DNA of 34,945 bases. Source: Seison nebaliae (Eukaryota). This document shows, one piece after another, positions 12,101 to 25,300 of this stretch. Numbering within the stretch: the first letter of the stretch is position 1; the number at the start of each line of letters is the position of its first letter. The translations under genes and the position numbers were made by a program. The stretch is taken from assembly GCA_023231475.1 (NCBI GenBank), contig JALJEE010000444.1, positions 1-34,945 on the forward strand, read 5' to 3'. The notes under the pieces were generated by a model. The model was not told the origin of the DNA. It was given only the letters and a program-made list of their open reading frames with translations, and did no database searches.

Positions 12101-13697
12101 ACTTTCTTGATTTTTTGGGGGAATGAAATATAAACTTTCAAAGTCTTCCAATTCTCTTCCAAATATTTATTTCGACTTAATCGCCTCCTTCTCCCCCCTT
12201 CTTTCCAAATTTTGTCACACGATTCTTTATTGTTGATTGAACTGAAAATTATTATTATTATTATTATTATAAAATATTATTATTACGTTCTCTTCTCCAA
12301 GACAATCAGATCAATTTTTTCTTCTTACTGATATACTGATTAGTTAATTCCGAAGTGAAGAGAATTGAAAATTAAGTGAAAATGAGACTAATAAATTTCA
12401 TAAATTTCATAAATTTCCAGGCATCAATTCATTCAAAGGATTCATGGCCTACAAGAATATTTTGCAAATGGATGATTGTGAAATGTATCTGGCAATGAAG
12501 AAATGTGCTGAATTGAAATCTGTTTTTCAAGTACATGCCGAAAATGGTGATATGATTGACCATTTGCAGAAGAAGATGTTGGACTTGGGAATTAATGGAC
12601 CGGAAGGTCATCTCTTGTCACGACCAGTCGAAATAGAAACAGAAGCTGTTAATCGTGTCATCACATTAGCCAAGAGTGCCAGATGTCCGTTATACATCGT
12701 TCATGTAATGAATGGTGATGCATGTGATATCATCAAAAATGAGCAAAATAAACCAGATCGTGTAGCTGGTGCCGTTCCAATAATCGGAGAGACGATTGCT
12801 GCCGCTGTTGGTAGTACTGGAAAGAATTATTTCGATAAAGATTGGCGTCATGCAGCTGGTCATGTTTTATCTCCACCGTTGAAAACGGATGAGATGAATG
12901 TCAAGAGAATTATTCAAGCACTTGCATCGAATACTTTAAGTCTCATCGGATCTGATCATTGTACATTCAATGCAAATCAGAAAGCGTTAGGAAAAGATGA
13001 TTTCACTAAAATACCAAATGGAGTTAATGGTGTTGAAGAACGAATGATGGTATTGTGGAAGAATGGAGTTGATTCGGGAATTTTCGATAAGAAACGTTTC
13101 GTTGCTGTTACGTCGACGAATGCGGCGAAAATTTTCAATATTTATCCAAAGAAAGGAAGAATTGCCATTGGTTCCGATGCTGATATTTGTATCTGGCATC
13201 CAAACCTTCAAAGAACAATCACAGCAAAAGCTCATTCGTCTGCTGTTGATTTTAATATTTTTGAAAATCTCCAATGCTCAGCATCGCCCAGATATACGAT
13301 CGTTCATGGACAAATCGTTTATGAAAACGACGGAAATGGAAAAGTTCATGAATCGATAGCGAAAGGTCTCGGAATTTTCATTTCGACACCGAACAATTCG
13401 GAAGAATTATATTCAGGAAAGAAATTGAATATTGACGAAGAATTGAAAGCGATGAAAGTTGATCGAGCACCATATAATGGTCCAGTTATCGATTTGAATA
13501 AATCAGAAGATGTTGGCGCTGAAGGTGATGGACCGACGGAGAAGTTCAATCAACGTCCTCCTACTCGTGCTGGTACGAGAAATCAACAAGAGACATCATT
13601 CCAATTGAATGGGAATCAATGGGATGATAAATCGAAACCTCACACATCGTCACGTGTCACCAAACCTCCAGGTGGTCGAAGTGAACCGTTATGGTGA
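9124..13697 (+). CDS. DPYS: Dihydropyrimidinase (DHP/CRMP family), 3 exons: 9124-9397, 10896-11060, 12421-13697
   Basis: PGGIDPHTH, AAIAGGTTMIIDF, VCCDYGLH, GINSFK, VHAENG, YIVHVM, GSDHCTF, IPNGVNGVEERM. Splice phases are consistent; exon 2 is absent from the ORF track. Confidence 0.95.
9457..10234 (-). CDS. Nested antisense gene in DPYS intron 1: ~241 aa single-pass membrane protein, 2 exons (10234-10000, 9947-9457)
   Basis: A 52-nt GTT...CAG intron (9999-9948) joins ORF 9980..10279 and ORF 9457..9924 in frame; TM segment LSLGILFALILFALLSFFLYYYC is followed by a basic KR. Confidence 0.75.
11788..11815. repeat. (TATC)7 microsatellite in DPYS intron 2
   Basis: Direct reading of the sequence. 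Confidence 0.9.
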
Positions 13698-14222
13698 GAG
13701 GAGAGATGATTTTAAAAATAATCATTCGAAATCAAGTCACATATTAAATTTAATTAAAATAATTTTTTCAAAATTTCTTTTTTCTGATAGTGGAAAAATT
13801 TCACTCGATATTTTCTTTGTCTATTTAAAATTAGTTGACGTTCCCTTCTTTAGTAGTTGCTATTTATCATTTATTCGTAATAAAAACGATAATTTCAATT
13901 TCGGATGACATTTTCGGAGAGAAGAAAAATATTTCGTTCGTGACGATATGTGATAGAGAGAATTGATTAAAACGGAAATTTTAAAAGTTTGATGATTATT
14001 TTGGGAGAAGTGATCAGGAAATAATTTTTATTAAATTGATTGTTTGAAAAAGAAAAAGCATTTTACATCAAGAATAAATATCATCATCAAAATGAAAATA
14101 GAAAGATGGATGATAGCGATGACGATGGAAAGAAATTCAAACGGAAATTCAATTCGATTGAAAAAAGAAAAAAAAAGTATATAAGAAAACTTAATGTGGA
14201 GCTTGTGAGAAAGTTATTGGCA

Positions 14223-17087
14223 TTAATTTCTTTTAGTCATTGAACGTAATCGAGATTTGATGGATGAAATGGAAAATTTATCGGCATTCGATCGATCATA
14301 ATTCTTCTTACTATTATTCTCTGATTGTCCTGACGTCGAATGTGTCGACAACGACGAGAGTGATGTTGTTGTTGTTGGAGAAATGAATGTATTCTTCTCC
14401 GAATTATTATTATTATTATTATTGTTATTATTATTATTATTGTTGTTGTTGTTGTTGTTGGTTGTTGTTGTTGTTGTTGTGCTACTACTATTACTGTTGG
14501 TGTAGCTAGACGTGTAACAACTATTTTTCGATTCGACATTAACTCGTTGACCATCTAATCGACGTGATTGGACAGTGGAAAGAAGAGAAAGAAAGTTTTC
14601 TGCATCATCTTTCTTGTCTTCTTCGTTAGATAGACTGTTGGTGCCTTTACTCGCCGAATGTAAACGACGACGATGAAAAAGATTGTTGAGACTGCCCTTC
14701 CTCAAACTCTCCGATTTCTTTAACTTCTGTGCACTCAACTGTCGTTCCGGCACTTTGAACTCTTGTTGTTGCTGTTGTCGATCTAATATGGATTTGGGGA
14801 GGAGGGTCCTCTGGTCATTGAAACGATGTCGAGTCATCGTCTCAACAGCATCGATAATAGTTTGTTCGTCATTAATTTGGAAAGGAATGGAACATCGCTG
14901 ATCGTTGAGACGACGATTCTGCATTTGAGAGAGAATATCGAAAAAATTACTATCTGTGCTCGTTTGCCTTGAGGAGAGTGTGGAAGAGTGTCGATTTGAC
15001 TTATTATTTTTGGTGTTATTGCTCGTTCTACCGGCTACCGTATTCCTCGTGTTCATATAATAATTATTAATATTTTTTGAATTATTATTATTTCTCTTGT
15101 TTGTATTGTCGCCATTATTGGGAGTATTATCGACGGTGTAATCGCGGGAAGAATTCTCGTTATTTCCCAACGAATTATTTATCGAGTTTACGTTGAATGA
15201 AGATGTTGTCGTTAACGATGTTATTAGTGGAGTAGGAGATGATAATGAAGTATTTTCTGATTTCATCAAATTATTTTGCATCAATTGTTTATCGATATTA
15301 ATGTCGATAGATTGACAATCAGTAGCATTCCCTCTCTTATCTTCTCTCGGACGAGTGGTCATCGTCTCACTGTAAAGTAGTGGGAGATTGTGTAGAGATT
15401 GCGTCAATGTACAACGTTTCTTAGCGTGAGATAATCGTTCAAGGTCATTCACTAATGGAATTAACAATTGCTCGATAATTGGAATACCTTTAGGATGTAA
15501 TTTGTTCTCTTCGTCTTCTTCGTCCTCGATCGAATGATGACGGTAATGATGATTATCTTCTTCTTCCTCCTTTCGCTTTTCTCCTTTATCAATCGTCTTC
15601 TCTTCTTTCTCCTCCTCCTCGTCGTCAGTAAGGTTAATGCAATGCCTTATTCTTCTTCCTCTTTCTTCTCCTTCTTCTCTCCAAAATCGATACTGATTAG
15701 ATTTGTCATTATTTCTCTCAAATTGACGATCTTTCTCTTCTTTATAACTCTTTTGATTATTCTTCGTTGTAATTATGTTCTCTCGACAACTCTCATACAA
15801 TCGTTTCAAATCATCTGAATTAGGCAAATGTTCCACGTACTCCAAGAGTGGATGAAGTAGAGAGAAGAGTTGTTTCGAATAATAGCGATAGTATTTCTCA
15901 ATATATTTTCTATTACTTTCTATTTCTTCTATTCTTCGTCTTCTTCTTCTTATTTCTTCTTTTTCTTCTTTTAGTTCTTCTTGGTCAATTGCAGTCTCAC
16001 AATGGTCGACGTTCTTCTCGTCCTTGTTGTCGTCGTCGTCGTCGTTGTTTTTGTTGTTGTTGTTGGAGTCGTTAGGTGTGTGAGAAAGTTCAATGTTGAT
16101 TATGTGCTCATACAAATGAATAAGATGAACTAGTGATTCAATAATAATTCCAATATCACCGATAATTGCACCATAACGAAGATAATGTTGAAAATGAGTT
16201 TCTGCTCGTTCGTGACATTCTTCCAACGAGTAGATGTAGCCAAGAATGAAATTCGTTTCAGCTATATCCTCCGTCACCGATGAGGCTAGTGCACTTCCTA
16301 ATAATTTTCTTTAATTTAAATTTCAAAAAAAGAACAGATTAGTTAACTACACGACTAGAATGATGGGAGAGAATGATGATGAATCATAAAAATAAAATGG
16401 ATTTATTATATTTCCTCTTCAGTTCTCTTCAGAAGTAACTCATCTGTCGAAGGCGATAAATAAAATTGTATTAATTTTCAAGATGAAACATGGAATATTA
16501 ATGGAAATAATATATATATATATATATAAATAAATAATATAATTATATATAATGATCGTGGTAATGAGCAGAATCATGATAATCATAATGCCTGTTGGAA
16601 CTGGTAGAGAAAAGTCTTTTTACATATCCTGCCAGTCGGTCTCTTTCTCCTCCGCGTATCATTTCGAGACGAAAATCGTTCATTCATTTAGCGACAGTGC
16701 ATACTCGATGTTGTTCATGTACAATCTTCTTCTACATTAATTACAATTCTCCTTCTCCTTTTCTCAATGAAATTCTTCTGGAGATATGCCCAATTCAGCA
16801 TAACATCAACAAAAACAGAAAAAGAAGAAACTGCACGAATAAAATTTATGGAAATAATCCTTTTTCGGAAAGTATTTGAAAAATAAAGAAATACGACTTC
16901 CATCCAAATCTTCAAATAACATATCGAACATATTAGAACGAACATATAACGGAAATTACCTAATAGAAACAAGGGAAGAACAGAAATTGTATTACTTAAG
17001 ACAAACACGAACGACGAATATTGTTAGAAAGATATAATTCATGTTTCTTCTCTCCAATAAAAAATTAAATTGAATAAAACACCACAA

Positions 17088-17124
<37 letters not shown>

Positions 17125-20100
17125 CGCACACTCGCACACCAGTGTGGTGTGACACCACTTCCATTTCACTACCATTCTACCTAAATTCTCGATCTGATGA
17201 CGTATAATACTCGTTCGCTAAATGGACTCGAAAAGAGTTATTGGAGGAGAAAGAAGAAATATTGATTTTCTACAGATAATTTGCATATTCATCCGTTTTC
17301 TTGTCAGAAGAAGAAGAAGAAGAAGAAAAAGAAAAAGAAGGAGACGAAGAAGAATATCAATAAATTCGAACAACGTGGTCACTCAGAAAACAGGAAAATG
17401 TTATAAAGTAAAAAATCTCCTCATTCCTCCCCTATCTCCCAATACTCATTTATTAGCCATATTGGAGAGATCTATTTATCAATCTTCCTAATATCTATTC
17501 CTTCATGGAATTTCCTTCAATTTTTATCTGTCATTTTATTTAATAGAACAAATCATTTGGATGGAAAGGATATTGATGGAATGATGGAATAATATTCATA
17601 AAAATAATTCGTCGTCAGTCAATAGTTGGGTGGAAGGACTCCTTAGATCTGTGTTGGAGGAAGAAGGATATCTTATAATATTTCCTCTTGACATTAGAAT
17701 GCATACATCATATTCCATATATCCTCTTCCCCCTTCCCATTTCCCCCCCATCATATCTACACGAGACAATCAGTGGAAATTTCACATATTTCAAAATTAG
17801 TAAGTGCAAACAAGTCAATGAAATAACGAAATTATCCATACACTTCTATTTCCTTTGGATGAAGAAAATCTTTCTTTTTCTAATGATAAATTACCACTTA
17901 AATCCAGTAACACACAAACTGATAAATATATGAATCGTTTCAGGAAAATGATTTGGGAAGAATAATTAAACAATCAATTCATCTTGCATGTTCTTCCTCC
18001 TTTATTCCGTTAGAAATCTTCCTTCAATTTCAATTACCTTTCTTTTTTCACAAGCTAATTTACTAGACACAAATAATTGAAATAGCATGTGAATTGCATA
18101 GATGAGAGTAATGGAAGAATATAAAGAGATAAGGATGAAGGTGATGGAACCGAAATGAACATGAACACATTAGCATATGCGCAATAACATCAAATTCGAA
18201 TTATCGTCTCGCTGTCAGATATTAGAGAGATTATCACTTCTTATGTTGGAGTATTTGTTTTAAAAAGTCAAATATTATTCACTCATCGTCATTATGATGG
18301 TAAATGAAGAAATGATGACTAACATCGAATAATTTTCTGCTTCCTTCAACTCCTCTTGACAGAGAGCGACATTTATTAAATTCTTCAGTGTTCGTCGTAT
18401 CGTCTGTAAATCGTTTGAACGTTGAGCAATATCCAGGCGCTAAATTCCATAATGATGAGACAGAAGACATTAAAGTGAGCGTAAAATGACGAGGAGATTG
18501 GGATAAGCAAAGAAGAATTCTCAATAGTTCCATCATAAATATTATTCATTAGCGGAGATATTTCCCTAAAGAAATCCTATTGAAAATTAAATAAAAACTT
18601 CACCTATTACTCAATTACTATTGATTATAAATTTAAATATTTAAATAATAATATGAATAGTAAACGAATCCTTTTCTCATCTCACAAACATCTCATCGAA
18701 ACCATGAGAGAGAAAGAAAGAAAGTATTAGAAAAGAAACCATAAAAAATGATGATTGAAGAAGAAAAATGAAAAAGAAAAAAAATCTTTTTTTCTGGGAA
18801 GAAATGATGAACCTTTTCATAAAATTGAATTGACAATGAATATTCGTTTATAGATGCATAACAATTGGCAATGTTCCCATAAGTGCGTCCGAGAAGATCG
18901 TCATTATATAAATTTGCATTATTTTCAATCAGAACGATTTGACTGTTGCGTGATAAGTGGATAGAAGAATAATGATTATTTGTCCATATGAAAAGAACAT
19001 TTTTTGAATGATGATTCGAGTAAGAATTTAATGATTAAATTAAATGATAAAGTAAAAAAGTTGAAAGAAGATGAATGAGAGAGGAGAGGAGAGGAGAGGA
19101 AAAGAAAGGAAACCTGTACAACGATATTGCATTTCTCAATAATTCATTTGCGAATAATTCATCAACATCACCATTCTTCTTTCCACAATAATTATCATTA
19201 GACGATTCATCACTAACATTATCTCGCGTAAAATTATTATGATTTTTATGATAAGGAATTGTCAAATGAAAATTTTCATTTTCAATTTTCTCCGAATTCG
19301 TTAAATGAGTTCGACTCTTTTGTTTCTGTGCAATCGTATGAAATATATTAGCAGCATGATAGATGATGGTCAAATAAGAATGATTCTCCATCTTCTTATC
19401 TCCTTTCGTTATAATTAATCGGCAAATATGTAGAGCTAATGGAAATCGTTCGAGAATTTTCAGTGTCATAATGAGATTACCGATCGCTTTTAATTCGATG
19501 TCGTCGTCTTCAAATATTTGAGACATTCGAATTTCTAATAAGAAGAAATAAAGTGCTTCATCGATTTGATGGAGATGGAAGAATGCGTTCGCCATTTGCG
19601 AGTAGATGGTGATGAGTAATTCTTCATTCTTCGTCCCAATATTTAGAGCTTCAATGAATGTTTGAATTGAACATTTATATTTCTTCGAACGACTCATCGA
19701 TTCTCCATTAATAATCATTCGAATTAATTTCAAATGATTTCGTTGATTTGAATTATTTGTTGATTGTGGCGTATCTTCTCCATATTTATTCACTATCGTT
19801 CTTCTCGTCACATCCACTGTCGATCTGGAAGCGATATTCTCATTCCGTTTCTTCTTATTCAATTTCGGATAAATTGGTAATCGATTGATCATATTCTCTT
19901 TTTCTCTATTCTCATCAATATATCCAGGAAATCCATCATCCGGAAATTCTTTCATATTTTCTACATTCTCCTTATCCTCCGAACAATAGAATGGAATCTT
20001 ATCAAAGTATTTGGAGACGTCACTTCTCTCCTCGAAATTGATGAGGGAATGATTGGCGAAACAAATGAAAAGAATTTCTTCGTCATTGAAAGTTCTCTTT

Positions 20101-20372
20101 CGAATTTTCTTCACCAATTTCTCATTCGTAAAATTCTCTTGATTATAATTCGATGATTGATGGCCGAATTGGTTTCGTTCAATCTCCACCAGCGAAGTGG
20201 TAGACAAACGGAAATTATCATTCGATTGTCTCAATGCGATTCGTTCGAATTTCTCCTTCAATCGAAGCGTCGATCCTTGCGCAGGTTGATCCGATCGTTC
20301 ACCATCACAATTCACATCCGAATCCGCATATTGGATATGCTCATTATTCTCCGACATGAACGATTGATTCAT
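14223..20372 (-). CDS. Divergent Pins/LGN/AGS3 (GPSM family) TPR + 3 GoLoco protein; exons 20372-19114, 18576-18324 (frame-disrupted), ~16297-14223
   Basis: N-terminal TPRs (GESMSRSKKYKCSIQTFIEALNIGTKNEELLITIYSQMANAFFHL...KAIGNLIMTLKIL) resemble the LGN TPR array. GoLoco motifs: FFDILSQMQNRRLNDQR (14895-14954), IIDAVETMTRHRFNDQR (14808-14864), FLSLLSTVQSRRLDGQR (14544-14603). I could not build a continuous frame across the middle exon. Confidence 0.8.
14402..14480. repeat. Coding (TTA/TTG)n trinucleotide tract giving poly-Thr/poly-Asn in the Pins-like protein
   Basis: Direct reading; translates to TTTTTTTNNNNN... on the minus strand. Confidence 0.9.
17089..17118. repeat. (CA)15 microsatellite, intronic
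   Basis: Direct reading. Confidence 0.9.
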
Positions 20373-22356
20373 CTTTCAAATTTCAATCTATCACATGACG
20401 TAGAGAAGAGAAAACTTTCATTATTAATTAGATAACATCATTTTGATGATAGAGTATCAATTGGGCGATAATCGGTCGAATTTGTTGGGGAAATGAATGT
20501 TTGTTTTTTATAAACAAATCGCAATGATTGCTCATGGAGAAATAGTAGTAAGTGATTAGTAATGAAAGAGAATAAAGAAAAAAAGAATTATCTTCTCTCA
20601 ATCGTTCGACTCAAATCAGTAATGGTAAGAGAGAGGCAGGAAGATATTCCATTTATGATTTGGATGAAATAATTATCTCTTTCATCCCGATCTAATAGAA
20701 GAGAACGAGAAAGAAAGATTCAATCATTCCCACTTACTCATTCCTTCTCCTTTCATCTTTCAACTTCTAATTATCTCATCGTTTATTCATTCTTTTATTG
20801 ATTACGACCATCATATTGACAGACATCATGTCTCCTAGATAAAATGGCTCATCTACTTCTACAATCATTCTACTCGAAGGAAACTCTTATTTCCATCTTC
20901 ACAATCATCTCCCCACCATCACCAGCACAGGAAAATCATATCACTCAATTTCCAACATGCCTCAAGTGACAAATTACTTATCATAATTCCGTTCATTTTC
21001 CAATTAATTTCAATGTACATTGATCATAATCTCTCACCACTAAGCCTAAATTCGAAATGATGCTAAAATTGTTTTCTTTCCTTCCTTCCTTTCAACAATT
21101 TAATTTTTTCCTTATTCGTCCCCGAAAGAACAATTAAATTGATTTTAAATCCTCTTTTTCCATTTCTTTTTCTTTCATTTTCGTACAGATCTCTAATCGA
21201 AATATTTGGAATTTGAATGGTCAAATGAAAACGTACAAGAGGAAACGTACATAGGCCGTATAAGTGATCAATATAAGGATACATAAAATTGATATAAATT
21301 AAATAAACTTATTAAATCCACACACAAACTGACAAGCGATTTTACTGCTTTACCTATAAATAATTAATGAGCGATTGAAATATTTCAAGCTTATATTATT
21401 CATTCCAATTAAATTATTCAATCGGATGCATGACATCGAATTGGGAGATATCAATGAAATTATTTACATAAGTGTCTAATAAGAAAAATGAATAAGACAT
21501 CAGACTAATATTACTATGGATAAAACTGGATGATTTGTAGATTAATTTATCTCGAAATACGAGTTTCCTTTCGTCGATTTCAACCTAATAATTTTCGAAT
21601 TAAAACATCCAATATAAAAACAGTCTAATCAGATATCCGACCTCATATTAAATAATTCATCATACTTTCAAATAAGAAATCTTCTTTTTAAATTCTCTTG
21701 TTGTAATCATGATACATTTTCTTTTCGTTTTATGGGAAATGTGAAGAAGAAATACGTCAGATTATTATTCCACCAACAGACCATATGCCGACATAAGTGG
21801 AAGATATCTCTTTTCAAAATTTTTAATACTTATTCTTATTTTTATGGAAGCAATATAAAGGTTCGATGCAATAATATTTCAATCACAATTGCCTGTTATT
21901 CCCATGTTCTTCTCATGTCGATTCGAAGATTGAATTTAATTAAATTTGTATGGGCGGAAAAACCTCGTCAAATTATAATAAAATCCTTTTTCTTATATTC
22001 TATTCCAATTCAACAAAAATGTTATTTTCGACTTATTGAATTGATTTTATAGTGAGAGCCAATTATCGAGGAGGAAGGAAGGATTATGTCGAATATGGTA
22101 TGAGATGATGTCCGAATAATTTTGAATGGAGGAATCGAAATAATTGAAGGGAATCCTCTTGATTTTAGAAAGTAATTCTATTAATGATGACGATAATTAT
22201 TCTATGGAATGAAATTTCACTAAATGAACTGGAAATATTTGAAAATAGTTCATTCCATTCTGATGAACACGTTCTTTCTTTATTTCCGTTACTTATGATT
22301 CTTCTCAAATTTTATTTCAGCACAATATTATAATTATAATATCATTCGCGTATATG

Positions 22357-25300
22357 CTAACAGTACATCCATTCAGCCGAGACGAATTCATAATTTGTGG
22401 AACACCAAAGACTATCAGAATCTTCCATCGTACAAGCGCCATATTCGACTCCTTTGTACTTGAAGGGAAAGACGCACCAATTCTTATTATCTTCAAATGA
22501 ACAAGAATTCATTGAAAATTATTCAAAATATTCATTCGCTAACATTTAGTGTAAGTACATCTAACATTATCTTCTATTCCACTGTATATTTCCGATCGAC
22601 TACACCATGGACGACGACTTTTCTTCGTGATACATTGCGAATATTCCTTTCCATTTACCGTGAATGGAAAAGTGCATTGGGGGAATAATTTCCTTATTCT
22701 TTCCAATCTCTTTTCTTTCGACCATCTACCAACTACGTGATTCGCCGAAATAATAATATTATTTGCCTTATTATCTTTATTAATCGAAGTGGTAACTTGT
22801 TTTCAATTTGGGGAATTCACAAACCATATCAGCGGGATCCGGTTTATAAACTCCGTCGATACATGTTGCAACCGGATTTCCGATAACTTTCTGATGTTTA
22901 GTTCGACATCCAAACGTCATTGAACTTCCGTCGATGAATCGTCGATGGCGAGAATCGAAAATTTTTGTCACTGCAATTCGGTTTAAAATTGTTTTGTTAT
23001 AAACGAAAGTAGATGGATTTATACATGGAATTAATTCTGTTTAAAAAGTTGTAAAATTTTTTTTTAATTTAATAAAAAAAATTAACTGATGCATTTGATG
23101 TCATCACCTTCCCATCGTTGTCCCTCCGAACATGTCAATGAAGAACCGGCCACTTGACGATATCCGTATCGACATTCATAATTAATAACAGAAGATACGG
23201 CTCTTAATCCATTCGTGTTATTCTTTTGTTTTAATAAGAGGGCGTGAGGGAAAGTTGGTGGTTCGGGACATTCTTTTGGAGAAAAGAATTCTTTGTCTAT
23301 TCAAACACATCAAAATTATTGAAATTATGATCAATTTAATTAAAAAATAATTCGTATTCAATATTGATTTAAGGAAGGTAAACCTTTATCCGGACAAAAT
23401 TGATTAAATTCATCAATAATATCTTGACGATATTTACCGTCTAGACATTGGACGATACCGTTATATGGTAGTTGACTATTGACGTCTAAACATGAGAATT
23501 GAATGTACGTTCCGTCTAATAATCTATCTGGAGTTTCTGCGGCAGCCACTTTTACCAAATTTATCTGGTGAGCATTCTTTATGAATACGGTATCTGGTTT
23601 AGGACATTCTGGTGCTTCTGAAAAAAATAATTTTTTTCAAATTTAAGAATTAAATTTAAATTTATAACCTACACATTCTGGTAATTCGAGTGGCAACCAA
23701 GCACCGAGATCATCACAAACATATCGATTAGTTCCATTTATCAAATATCCCATTTCACAAGAAAATACCATTTCACTTCCACTTCTCGCAATATCCAAAT
23801 CTCCATCTTCTGTTAATTTCTTGAAATTCTTCTCAATACCAGCATGTTCAATCTCAGGAAATGGTTCACATAAAGTTGTTGCAGCTATTAAGATTGATTA
23901 TTTTGAATTTTATTTTAGATGGGAAGAAAAATCGATTGAGAGAAATTAATTCAAAATAAACCTGGAGTTAAGCATTCCCAATCAACATAATCTTTTGGTT
24001 GCAATTCATGTCCGACACAACTGACCACTCCACCTTGTGGTAAACGAGGACTGAGTGGATTAATACAAACGAATGTCACATAAGATCCATCTTTAGCAGC
24101 ATTTTGACGACCGGTCATAATATCCGATTTTCCTTCCGTTACAATTGCGTTCGGAATTTGAATAGATTGCATTGGTGGACACATGAGAATCTCTGAAATA
24201 AACGAACAAAATTGAAAATTAAAAATTAATTAATTAATATAATATTAATTGTATTTAATATTATTAATTATTAATTTAAAAGAACCGTCACAAGTTTCCG
24301 TTGGTTCATCCCATTTACCATTGGTATGACATTGAATTTGAATTTGATCTTCGTTCCCACTCAAAATGAAACCTTCCAAACAAGTGAACGTGGCTTTCGT
24401 ACCACTACGTAAATCATCTTCATTATCTTTCGTAACTTTCTCGAGTGATATCAGAGAATTTGGTACGAATGGGACTTGTTCACATAAAGTCGCGTCATCT
24501 GCTTGTTCGGGAGTAATATCTTCTGGTTCGAGACAAGAATTAATTCTAGATAGATCTGGTGTATATACACCATTATAACACCTCATCTTACCATCTTCAG
24601 GCTGTATTGGTGATTTGGGATTAATACAGGCCAATTTAGCGAAAGTTCCAGAAATTCTTATTGTTCTTTGGGGATTCCACGAAGAACTGACTTCTTTTAT
24701 TCTCATTCGATTTATTTCAATTTTCGACGGATCATCACATTGAGGAAGTTCTAAAGGAATGTTATTATGGTTCTATTTATGAAATATAATATGGAAAAAT
24801 ACCATCGCATATGGGTTGAGCTGTCCACATACCGTTCTCCTGACAAACGACAGTTGGTTCACCTTTCATAATATAACCAAATTCACAAGCCCAAGTGATT
24901 TTACTTCCCGCTCGACTAATAAATGCATAATCGGTATCTAAACGGTTTTGTTGTTCGTTTTCTTTGAAAGCGAATTGTACAATTCCTGGAGTGACACATT
25001 TTTTTGGAATGATATTTTTCTTTATCGTATCACCTCCGATTTCTAAAATTTCTGATTAGTTTAAATATTATAAAATTCTCTACCTAGACATTCTAACGGC
25101 CATGTGGCCAAGGGAGTTGTCCATTTGCCATCAACACCACAAACAAATTGAATTTGTGTCAAACCTTCTGGCACATCTTTTAACTTATAATTCTGCTTAC
25201 ATTGGAATGTCATCGAACTGCCAGTTGTTATCGAATCACCATCTCGTCGCGCAAAGTAATTGATACGTATCAAGTTGCCTGATTCGACGGGAGGATCTTC

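Noticed and set aside
14237..16075. Several short ORFs overlapping the GoLoco exon
   Set aside because: Shadow frames of low-complexity trinucleotide coding sequence.
16600..16731. Possible extra Pins exon on the minus strand
   Set aside because: It has an AG acceptor but hits TGA in the expected frame, shows no TPR similarity and does not fix the phase conflict.
17194..17236. Hammerhead-like CTGATGA...GAAA
   Set aside because: No convincing stems II/III or cleavage triplet.
20435..22300. ORFs 21063..21284 and 21732..22052
   Set aside because: Composition matches AT-rich intergenic DNA; no motifs or splice support.
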